A stretch of 32,000 nt of DNA from Nostoc punctiforme PCC 73102 (GCF_000020025.1 NC_010628.1:5700001-5732000), one strand, 5' to 3'; positions 16,595 through 23,570 are shown, counted from the first letter of the stretch. Made by a program: numbers and translations. Notes: generated by a model from the letters alone, not told the origin.

Positions 16595-17164
16595 TTATTC
16601 AAAAACCACATCTTCGTAAAGTGATGCCATTGTTTCCTCAAAATCCACGCTGTTGAGTCGAAATGATTGATGTTCTGCTGTGTAGGATTGTAAAACCCAC
16701 AACCCTTGCTCATTGCGGCGAAAAGACTCGACTCGCTGACGTTTGGTATTAATTAAAACATATTCTTGCAGACTTTCCAGTGTTTGATAATCGGCAAATT
16801 TATCGCCCCGGTCAAAGGCTTCGGTAGAATTAGATAAAACTTCGACAATTAAACAGGGAAATCTTTTATAACCTGGCGTTTCTTGATCTCGTTGATCGCA
16901 AGTAACCATCACATCGGGATAATAAAAGCGATTCAGAGATTCAATTCGGGCTTTCATGTCAGCGATGTAAACACGACAACCAGAGCCGCGCACATGATTA
17001 CGGAGGAGAGATGCCAGGTTAAGAGCAATGGTAACGTGTGGATCAAGCGCTCCAGCCATTGCATAGATGTAGCCGTCGATATATTCATGCTTGATATTGC
17101 TCTGTTCCTCCATTTGGAGGTATTCTTCAGCAGTGAGGTAGTTTTGTTGGGGCGAGGCTATCAT
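16595..17164 (-). CDS. Uma2-family (DUF820) restriction-endonuclease-like protein
   Basis: 189 aa. LTAEEYLQMEEQSNIKHEYIDGYIYAMAG...PDVMV...LIVEVLS is the typical Uma2 pattern. Confidence 0.8.
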   Translation of the reverse strand: MIASPQQNYLTAEEYLQMEEQSNIKHEYIDGYIYAMAGALDPHVTIALNLASLLRNHVRGSGCRVYIADMKARIESLNRFYYPDVMVTCDQRDQETPGYKRFPCLIVEVLSNSTEAFDRGDKFADYQTLESLQEYVLINTKRQRVESFRRNEQGLWVLQSYTAEHQSFRLNSVDFEETMASLYEDVVFE

Positions 17165-17258
17165 ATTTTAAAGGTTTTATTGTGCCGATTTACTTGTGGC
17201 GATGCTTTAGGCGCAGTAGACTTTATAATCAGGTAAGGAACTTATGTAAGGAATCTGA

Positions 17259-17507
17259 ATGATGGCTAGTGCTACCATCAGCACTAAAGGACAAGTAACT
17301 ATTCCTAAAGAAATTAGAGATTATCTTAACCTTGATACAGGTAGTAAGGTTGATTTTGTCATTGATGAAAATGGAATAGTTAAATTAATTCCCTTGAATA
17401 TCTCTATCCAAAGTTTATCAGGGATTTTACACCGTCCGGGAATGAAAAGCGCAACTTTAGAAGAAATGGAAGCTGCAATTAAAGAAGGCTCAAGTGATTG
17501 GACTTGA
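17259..17507 (+). CDS. vapB: AbrB/MazE/SpoVT-type antitoxin (VapB-like)
   Basis: 82 aa. TISTKGQVTIPKEIRDYLNLDTGSKVDFVIDENG is a SpoVT-AbrB swapped-hairpin motif. It overlaps the start of a PIN remnant. Confidence 0.8.
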   Translation: MMASATISTKGQVTIPKEIRDYLNLDTGSKVDFVIDENGIVKLIPLNISIQSLSGILHRPGMKSATLEEMEAAIKEGSSDWT

Positions 17508-17610
17508 CACAAATATTTTAGTGCAATACTTGACAAAAGATGATGAAAAGCAGTGGGAGCAAGCTGCTAAAATTATCGACGGGGTAGAGCAATGTTTCAC
17601 AACCACATAA
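17494..17610 (+). pseudogene. vapC: truncated PIN-domain toxin (vapC remnant, 38 codons)
   Basis: A GTG at 17494 overlaps the vapB 3' end. The product VIGLDTNILVQYLTKDDEKQWEQAAKIIDGVEQCFTTT* has the PIN N-terminal signature (GLDTNILV.YL..DD). It stops after 38 aa, where a PIN domain needs about 130, and it stops exactly where the repeat flanking hicAB begins. Confidence 0.65.
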
Positions 17611-17662
17611 TAGCGTAGGCGTAGCCCGTCGTAGACATCGCTTGTCGATTTACGCTTTGTAG
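17596..17662. repeat. left copy of the direct repeat flanking hicAB (carries a 21-nt insertion)
   Basis: TTCACAACCACATAATAGCG[21-nt insert]ATCGCTTGTCGATTTACGCTTTGTAG aligns with 18147-18195 (TTCACAACTCATAATAGCGATCGCTTGTAGATTTACACTTATTTTCTAG). The insert splits the HIP1 octamer that is intact in the right copy (18163-18170). Confidence 0.75.
17613..17642. repeat. GC-rich 30-nt repeat (pair B, left arm)
   Basis: GCGTAGGCGTAGCCCGTCGTAGACATCGCT. The reverse complement of 18196-18225 matches 29 of 30 positions. Confidence 0.85.
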
Positions 17663-17857
17663 TTAAAAATTAGGTAATAAACCTGCTTGTTTACATATTT
17701 CATTAGCAGTAATACGATCAATGGTACGATGACGTTTTACAGGAAGAGTTTTTATCTCATTAGTATAAATTGAATGATTTCCTCCTTCCCTTAATAAATA
17801 AAAGCCATTTTGCTCTAAGTATTTAATTAGCTCTTTTCGCTTGACTGACACACTCAA
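17663..17857 (-). CDS. hicA: HicA-family mRNA interferase toxin
   Basis: 64 aa. KRKELIKYLEQNGFYLLREGGNHSIYTN is typical of HicA/YcfA. It overlaps the hicB stop by 4 nt. Confidence 0.85.
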   Translation of the reverse strand: MSVSVKRKELIKYLEQNGFYLLREGGNHSIYTNEIKTLPVKRHRTIDRITANEICKQAGLLPNF

Positions 17858-18072
17858 ACCTCTATAGGAATTTGTTCGAGCAAAGAACCGCCTGTGGGAA
17901 TTTCTTTATTTTGTTGACGATAGGCAAGAACCATTTCTTTGGTTGCATCTTGTAACATAGCTCTACATTCTTCTATGGTTTCTCCTTCTGTGATGACTTC
18001 TTGCCATTCAATAAGTTGTCCCATATATCCGCTATTAGTTTTTGTATATTTTGCAGTGTATGTAATTAACAT
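17854..18072 (-). CDS. hicB: HicB-family antitoxin (short form)
   Basis: I prefer the ATG at 18072 (MLITYTAKYTKTNSGYMGQLIEWQEVITEGETIEECRAMLQDATKEMV...). The 25 extra codons in the ORF track (start 18147) extend into the flanking repeat and look non-coding. Confidence 0.75.
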   Translation of the reverse strand: MLITYTAKYTKTNSGYMGQLIEWQEVITEGETIEECRAMLQDATKEMVLAYRQQNKEIPTGGSLLEQIPIEV

Positions 18073-18146
18073 TGCTATGTTTGTGAAGATAATTATATGA
18101 TTTATCGTAGCTGATTTTTTGTTGTGGGAGACATTGCTCTTCATCA

Positions 18147-18195
18147 TTCACAACTCATAATAGCGATCGCTTGTAGATTTACACTTATTTTCTAG
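18147..18195. repeat. right copy of the direct repeat flanking hicAB
   Basis: See 17596-17662. It contains an intact HIP1 at 18163-18170 and is followed immediately by the pair-B right arm. Confidence 0.75.
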
Positions 18196-18225
18196 AGCGA
18201 TGTCTCCGACGGGCTACGCCTACGC
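18196..18225. repeat. GC-rich 30-nt repeat (pair B, right arm, inverted)
   Basis: AGCGATGTCTCCGACGGGCTACGCCTACGC. It is complementary to 17613-17642 at 29 of 30 positions. Confidence 0.85.
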
Positions 18226-18294
18226 CAGCTTTTGGCCTAATAATATACCAAAATAAATGCGTAAATTACTAAAATGAGTAAGCAAACTGGGGTT

Positions 18295-18550
18295 TGAGAA
18301 AGAAAAGCTGCTTTTGCTTGCGTAAAACACTAAAATAAGAAACTAAAAGCTGCTTTTGTTTGTAGAAAACACTAAAATGCGAGATTAAAAGCTGCTTTTG
18401 AAGAAGTAAAAGCTGCTTTCGTTTGTGGAAAACACCAAAATGCGAGATTAAAAGCTGCTTTTGGAGAAGTGAAAGCTGCTTTCGTTTGTGGAAAACATTA
18501 AAATGCGAGATTAAAAGCTGCTTTTGAGAAAGTAAAAGCTGCTTTTGCAT
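18295..18550. repeat. tandem array with a 63-bp period built from 21-nt modules around the near-palindromic core AAAAGCTGCTTTT
   Basis: The core occurs at 18303, 18345, 18387, 18408, 18450, 18471, 18513 and 18534, giving spacings of 42, 42, 21, 42, 21, 42 and 21. The inter-core segments resemble one another. Confidence 0.9.
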
Positions 18551-18677
18551 AAGTAATCAGGCATTTTTACTTAACTCAATATGAATTTCAGTCTAGGCGA
18601 CACCTTTCATTTGGAACGGTACGCGATCGCGATCGCGCTTTTTAGTTTGATCGCGGTAAGCTTTGCACAAAACTAGC

Positions 18678-21149
18678 TTATTCTTGATTTGGGGGGAGGC
18701 GATCGCGAAGACTTGCCAAATTTCTACGCACACTAACAGTATTAGGATGATCTGCACCTAACCGAGGCTCTAAAATATCTAATGCCTGCATATACAACGG
18801 TTCGGCTTCGCTGTATCTGCCTTGGGAGTAGTAGAGATACGCTAGGTTGTTGAGACTTTGTGCGGCATCTGGATGTTCTTCACCCAGCAGCTTGCACCTG
18901 AGTGCCAAAGCTTGGATGTAAAGGGGTTCGGCTTCGCTGTATCTGCCTTGGGAACGGTAGAGTGCCGCTAGGTTGTTGAGACTAGTTGCGACATCTGGAT
19001 GTTCTTCACCCAGCAGCTTGCGCCAGAGTGCCAAAGCTTGGATGTAAAGGGGTTCGGCTTCGCTGTATCTGCCTTGGGAGCCGTAGAGTGCCGCTAGGTT
19101 GTTGAGACTAAGTGCGACATCTGGATGTTCTTCACCCAGCAGCTTGCGCCAGAGTGCCAAAGCTTGGATGTAAATGGGTTCGGCTTCGCTGTATCTGCCT
19201 TGGGAGTCGTAGAGATACGCTAGGTTGTTGAGACTAGTTGCGACATCTGGATGTTCTTCACCCAGCAGCTTGCGCCTGAGTGCCAAAGCTTGGATGTAAA
19301 TGGGTTCGGCTTCGCTGTATCTGCCTTGGGAGTCGTAGAGATACGCTAGGTTGTTGAGACTAGTTGCGACATCTGGATGTTCTTCACCCAGCAGCTTGCG
19401 CCTGAGTGCCAAAGCTTGGATGTAAATGGGTTCGGCTTCGCTGTATCTGCCTTGGGAGTCGTAGAGATACGCTAGGTTGTTGAGACTAGTTGCGACATCT
19501 GGATGTTCTTCACCCAGCAGCTTGCGCCTGAGTGCCAAAGCTTGGATGTAAATGGGTTCGGCTTCGCTGTATCTGCCTTGGGAGTAGTAGAGTCCCGCTA
19601 GGTTGTTGAGACTAAGTGCGACATCTGGATGTTCTTCACCCAGCAGCTTGCACCTGAGTGCCAAAGCTTGGATGTAAAGGGGTTCGGCTTCGCTGTATCT
19701 GCCTTGGGAACGGTAGAGTGCCGCTAGGTTGTTGAGACTAGTTGCGACATCTGGATGTTCTTCACCCAGCAGCTTGCGCCTGAGTGCCAAAGCTTGGATA
19801 CAAAGAGGTTCAGCTTCGCTGTATCTGCCTTGGGAGTAGTAGAGATACGCTAGGTTGTTGAGACTAGTTGCGACATCTGGATGTTCTTCACCCAAGCGCT
19901 TTTTAGTGACTTCTAAACACTGCTCATACCAAGGTAAAGCTTGGCTATATAAACCTTGACCATTATAAAATCTAGCGTTGCCGATGAAAGGCCCAACTAA
20001 ATCATCATCGCTGACGTATTGAATGAGATGATTCGCTACTTCAGCTATATGAGGAATAGTGGGAGAAACGGCAGTGATTTGCTCAAGGGTAGACGATTCA
20101 GGAATATCTTGGGCAACTGCTACCATTACCCGACAAAAAGAAAGCTTTAATTCCTCCCCCTTATCTAAACTTGTAAGCTTATATTGAAAAAACTCCCGTA
20201 GCAGTGGATGCAGTTGATAAATTCCCTCACCTTTGCGCTGAACTAAATGCAGATTCAAAAAGCATTCGTCTCTAATTTCTTCTAAATCTTCGGTATCTTC
20301 TTCTGGTAAACACTGTTCCACCAACTTCCAAGGTATAGGTGCTGTGGCAAATAAACTCAATAAACAACCCAGTTGCTTATCGCTGTCCTCTAATTCTTGC
20401 CAACTCAACTCAAAAGCTGCTAACACACCTCGCTGTGCTGTCATGTCGGTTTCCGACTTAGATTTAGAGAGTGAACGCTCATCTATTCCCTTGTTCTTCA
20501 ACCGCCGCAACATCTCTGTTAAAGATAAATCTTGTTTCCGCGCCAGATAGCGCCCGACTAATTCCACACCTAAAGGTAAATATCCCAGCCATTTACATAA
20601 CTGATTTGCTAAAGCTAATTCTCGCTCAATTCGCTCTGGTGTTTCTTTGAGTAAAGACTTTAATAACTCCAGCGCCGCTTCTGGTTGCAGCACATCCAAA
20701 GATAACTTTGCAATGCGTCCCAACTTCTGGCGCGTAGTCATCAACACTTTAAACCGAGAAGATGACGACGGTAGATAAGGCTTAACTTGCTCGTAGTTGC
20801 TGACATCATCCAGCACCAGCAGCACCTCACCCTCACGCCAATGCCGCCAACAGTATTGCACTTGCGCGAGTAAATCAAAATCTTCTGGCGGCTTTAAATC
20901 AAGCTGCGTTCTGGCAAACTGCACAACTTGAATGCCCACATCCCCAGTTTTTGCAAGCAACCAGCAAAGCCCACCGTTGTATGTGTTGCGGTGCTGGATG
21001 GCATATTGCAGGGCGAGTTCTGTTTTACCAACTCCACCCATGCCAGAAATAGCTGCGATCGCAACTGGTTTATTATCCTGCATAAGTTGGTGAAGATTTT
21101 GCAATTCTTCTTCACGTCCGACAAATTCCACCACCCCACTCAAGGGCAA
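18678..21149 (-). CDS. NB-ARC STAND NTPase with C-terminal TPR array (NLR-like); the 5' end is undefined, see the in-frame TGA finding
   Basis: Walker A GMGGVGKTELA, Walker B VLLVLDDV, KVLMTTR, GYLPLGVELVG (GLPLA-like), then nine LGEEHPD...42-aa TPR units. The only start offered is a TTG at 21149. The frame stays open upstream as far as a TGA at 21210-21212. Confidence 0.9.
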   Translation of the reverse strand: MPLSGVVEFVGREEELQNLHQLMQDNKPVAIAAISGMGGVGKTELALQYAIQHRNTYNGGLCWLLAKTGDVGIQVVQFARTQLDLKPPEDFDLLAQVQYCWRHWREGEVLLVLDDVSNYEQVKPYLPSSSSRFKVLMTTRQKLGRIAKLSLDVLQPEAALELLKSLLKETPERIERELALANQLCKWLGYLPLGVELVGRYLARKQDLSLTEMLRRLKNKGIDERSLSKSKSETDMTAQRGVLAAFELSWQELEDSDKQLGCLLSLFATAPIPWKLVEQCLPEEDTEDLEEIRDECFLNLHLVQRKGEGIYQLHPLLREFFQYKLTSLDKGEELKLSFCRVMVAVAQDIPESSTLEQITAVSPTIPHIAEVANHLIQYVSDDDLVGPFIGNARFYNGQGLYSQALPWYEQCLEVTKKRLGEEHPDVATSLNNLAYLYYSQGRYSEAEPLCIQALALRRKLLGEEHPDVATSLNNLAALYRSQGRYSEAEPLYIQALALRCKLLGEEHPDVALSLNNLAGLYYSQGRYSEAEPIYIQALALRRKLLGEEHPDVATSLNNLAYLYDSQGRYSEAEPIYIQALALRRKLLGEEHPDVATSLNNLAYLYDSQGRYSEAEPIYIQALALRRKLLGEEHPDVATSLNNLAYLYDSQGRYSEAEPIYIQALALWRKLLGEEHPDVALSLNNLAALYGSQGRYSEAEPLYIQALALWRKLLGEEHPDVATSLNNLAALYRSQGRYSEAEPLYIQALALRCKLLGEEHPDAAQSLNNLAYLYYSQGRYSEAEPLYMQALDILEPRLGADHPNTVSVRRNLASLRDRLPPNQE
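18762..19895 (-). repeat. nine tandem 126-bp (42-codon) near-identical TPR-coding units
   Basis: CATCTGGATGTTCTTCACCC recurs at 18866, 18992, 19118, 19244, 19370, 19496, 19622, 19748 and 19874, exactly 126 bp apart. The central units look identical at nucleotide level by eye. Confidence 0.95.
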
Positions 21150-21209
21150 ATTTGGCGGTATTTCAGTAGAGGGATTTGACTTTGCCCGTTCCCGTTCGAG
21201 CGACTGTAG

Positions 21210-21722
21210 TCAATCAGGAGAATTCTGATGGTAATTGATAGTAATTAGGCTATTGTCTACGCCTTGAAAGGTGGGAGCTTTACTATCAATACTTTGAAAA
21301 CCTTGGCCACCGTAAACATTCTGGACATTTTTACCTTGAACTTTGTCAATATTAATTTCCTGGTGAATTTCTTTAGCAAGGCTTTGAACTTCTTCGCCAA
21401 ATTGGGGATAGCTGTCCATTTCGACCTGTAGGTAAGCTGCAACAAAGTTTAAATCTTCCTTAGAACCTTGTTCAGCCTTTGTTAAGGCTTCTTGTACTTT
21501 CGGTTTACCCTTGAACTGATCCCAAATTTTTTGGCGTAGCAGTTTCAACTTGTCTAAAGTACTTTCGGTTATCTTCTCTACGGTTTTTTCTATAGCCTTA
21601 GTGATTACCAAAGTTGCGATCGCAGCTGCTGTCAGTGATACTGGCTCCATAACTTTGCCAAAATATAAGAGATTTTGTTTAGAGGATGTTTTAAAAGAAT
21701 CTTTTATACTCATAGTTAGCAA
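21210..21722 (-). CDS. helical N-terminal domain ORF in frame with the downstream NB-ARC ORF (candidate effector/adaptor domain)
   Basis: 170 aa. The likely true start is the ATG at 21650 (MEPVSLTAAAIATLVITKAIEKTVEKI). The tail is Q/N/G-rich (VQGKNVQNVYGGQGFQSIDSKAPTFQGVDNSLITINY). It ends at a TGA that is in frame with ORF 18678-21149. Confidence 0.6.
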   Translation of the reverse strand: MLTMSIKDSFKTSSKQNLLYFGKVMEPVSLTAAAIATLVITKAIEKTVEKITESTLDKLKLLRQKIWDQFKGKPKVQEALTKAEQGSKEDLNFVAAYLQVEMDSYPQFGEEVQSLAKEIHQEINIDKVQGKNVQNVYGGQGFQSIDSKAPTFQGVDNSLITINYHQNSPD

Positions 21723-21888
21723 CGTGAAACATCTCAGTATATGACTAAAGATTTTATTTTGCTGTTATCTATTTAACCCAGTGCATAATAGCAAAATTAT
21801 ATCTTTCAGGACTTCGAAAACATCCTCTTATGTTTTTTAAGTCTACAGTCTCTAAAAAGGTAATGGAGAACCAATAGTAGAAGAAATT

Positions 21889-21931
21889 ATAAAAAAATTA
21901 AGGGACGACTTCTATCGGTGAAATCGCCCCT
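21889..21931 (-). terminator. candidate rho-independent terminator of the Tudor-like gene
   Basis: On the minus strand, AGGGGCGA...TCGTCCCT forms a stem with 7 of 8 bases paired plus an inner TTC/GAA pairing. TAATTTTTTT follows. It begins 28 nt after the stop at 21959. Confidence 0.45.
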
Positions 21932-21958
21932 CTCAACTTATAAATAGTGAAATATACT

Positions 21959-22351
21959 CTATCTGCTTACTCTCGAAGGTTCAACCCACTCATCCCAAGA
22001 GCTATCATAGCCATCATAAGTAATTTTATAAAGATCGTTACTAACTTCTAAAACCTGCCCTTTATACCATTTACGTTTCCACAAAATTCTCACTGCATCT
22101 CCAACTTCAAATGATGCTCGGAAGCGTTCAGCACCAACCCATTCATTCCAAGAACTATCATAACCTTCATAAGTAATATAGCAATTATCATTATTATTAA
22201 CCTTAAGTACCGTTGCTGGATACCATTTTTCCTTCCAAAGAACCTCAGCCTTTTGTCCCACAGAACAGGGTGAAGCAGCTAAAGCACCGGGAATCAATGT
22301 CCCTACCCAAGTTGCCATGAAGATGGCACCAAACAATACTTTATTTTTCAT
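21959..22351 (-). CDS. secreted protein with two tandem Tudor/Agenet/SH3-like repeats
   Basis: 130 aa. Signal peptide: MKNKVLFGAIFMATWVGTLIPGALA. Two ~50-aa repeats follow: GQKAEVLWKEKWYPATVLKV..NCYITYEGYDSSWNEWVGAERF and GDAVRILWKRKWYKGQVLEV..LYKITYDGYDSSWDEWVEPSRV. Confidence 0.6.
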   Translation of the reverse strand: MKNKVLFGAIFMATWVGTLIPGALAASPCSVGQKAEVLWKEKWYPATVLKVNNNDNCYITYEGYDSSWNEWVGAERFRASFEVGDAVRILWKRKWYKGQVLEVSNDLYKITYDGYDSSWDEWVEPSRVSR

Positions 22352-22549
22352 GATTCTATCCTCAAACAGTAAAACGGAACTTTGATGATTTATAGAAATC
22401 TAATTCAAAACTTCCAACCACCTGTTACTATTTTGATGGAATTAAATTAGCGATCGCCTCAGCAAAAATTATGAATTTTCGTTGCTAGTTATGAAGATAT
22501 CGCATTTAAACTTAATAGCATTTATAAATTTTACTTAGTCGAAAGGCTC

Positions 22550-22582
22550 AGATCCCCGACTTCTTCAAGAAGTCGGGGATCT
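22550..22582. repeat. 33-nt perfect palindromic hairpin repeat (copy 2 of 3)
   Basis: AGATCCCCGACTTCTT-C-AAGAAGTCGGGGATCT. It lies 35 nt downstream of the stop of the MprF N-half gene (22617). Confidence 0.9.
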
Positions 22583-22616
22583 AATTAATTATTAGTATTC
22601 ATACTTAAACTGAATT

Positions 22617-23570
22617 TTACAGTTTGTTGATATTTTTAAAATTACGGGTTCTAAATCTAATTTCATAAATTCCTAGCAAACCCGATGCTACTAGCAAAGG
22701 TAAGAAATAGTAGACTCCCCGATAAGCTAACATTGACCCCAAAATTGCCGCGGCCGAAATTTGGGATGAGAGAATCAGCAAAATTATAGTTTCAAATACA
22801 CCCAAACCACCGGGTACATTACTAACAACACCTGCAAACATCGCTAACAAATAGATACCCAAAAAATCCAGATAAGACAAAGATATATTACTAGGAAGCA
22901 CAGCATAAAGAATTGCTGCTGCCAAAATCCAATCAAGACCAGAAATTGCTATCTGAATCAGGGATATCTTAAAATCAGGAAATCGAAATTCTTGCCCACG
23001 AATTATTAAAGGTTGTTTAATAAAAATACTTCCTAGCAAATAACCAGCGACTAATAGGAGAAAAATCACGCCGATGGGATGCACAGTCGCAAAAGGTAAA
23101 TGTAGCTGAGTAGGAATTTTGAGGGGATTGATGAGGAATAAGCAACCTGCAACCGCAAACATCCCCAGCCAAAAAGTAAAATTGGCGAAAGCAATTACTT
23201 GTGCGATCGCAACTGCTGACACTCCCCAACTAGCATAAAATCGATAACGGATAGCACTGCCAGTCAGCAAAGCAAAACCTATAGTATTACTAAACGCAGA
23301 GCTAATAAAACTGGTTAAAGCAATTTTGTTCCAGTTTAGGGAACGATTAATGTAACTAAAACCCAAAATATCGTACCCAATCATCACTAGATAGCCCAAG
23401 GCTGTCAGCCAAATCGCCCAGCTTAAGCGACTTTTGGGAATAGCAGCTAGAGAGTTGAGGATATCACGATAATTATACTCATGCAGTTCGTTAGCGATCG
23501 CCCACATGGAAAGCGCCAGCAGCGACAAGCCAAACAGTGTGCTGAAATTCAATTGCAGTTTTTTAAGCAT
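22617..23570 (-). CDS. polytopic membrane protein resembling the N-terminal (flippase-like, UPF0104/LPG_synthase_TM) half of MprF
   Basis: 317 aa with about 8 TM segments. The N-terminal pattern ANELHEYNYRDILNSLAAIPKSRLSWAIWLTALGYLVMIGYDILGFSYI and IGFALLTGSAIRYRFYASWGVS resemble the start of full-length MprF proteins. Confidence 0.65.
   Translation of the reverse strand: MLKKLQLNFSTLFGLSLLALSMWAIANELHEYNYRDILNSLAAIPKSRLSWAIWLTALGYLVMIGYDILGFSYINRSLNWNKIALTSFISSAFSNTIGFALLTGSAIRYRFYASWGVSAVAIAQVIAFANFTFWLGMFAVAGCLFLINPLKIPTQLHLPFATVHPIGVIFLLLVAGYLLGSIFIKQPLIIRGQEFRFPDFKISLIQIAISGLDWILAAAILYAVLPSNISLSYLDFLGIYLLAMFAGVVSNVPGGLGVFETIILLILSSQISAAAILGSMLAYRGVYYFLPLLVASGLLGIYEIRFRTRNFKNINKL

Noticed and set aside
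17854-18147. Long 97-aa version of hicB starting at 18147
   Set aside because: The extra 25 codons (MMKSNVSHNKKSATINHIIIFTNIA) are low-complexity. They extend to the edge of the flanking direct repeat. HicB-like sequence begins at the internal ATG (18072).
18269-18550. 93-aa ORF (QKQLLISHF...) and the possibility that the array is a CRISPR locus
   Set aside because: The ORF is purely repeat-derived. As a CRISPR, the repeat core would be only 13 nt. The spacers alternate between 8 and 29 nt and are near-copies of each other rather than unique. No cas genes are nearby.
18560-18680. Possible 3' remnant of vapC (FDRGKL... resembling the TFDRK... end of PIN toxins)
   Set aside because: Only about 6 residues resemble the motif. 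A stop codon immediately precedes them in that frame, and no extended PIN-like sequence can be read in any frame.
20344-21179. Three short ORFs (20344-20550 +, 20894-21139 -, 20928-21179 +) inside the NB-ARC region
   Set aside because: These are shadow or alternative-frame ORFs within a gene whose NB-ARC motifs define the true frame.
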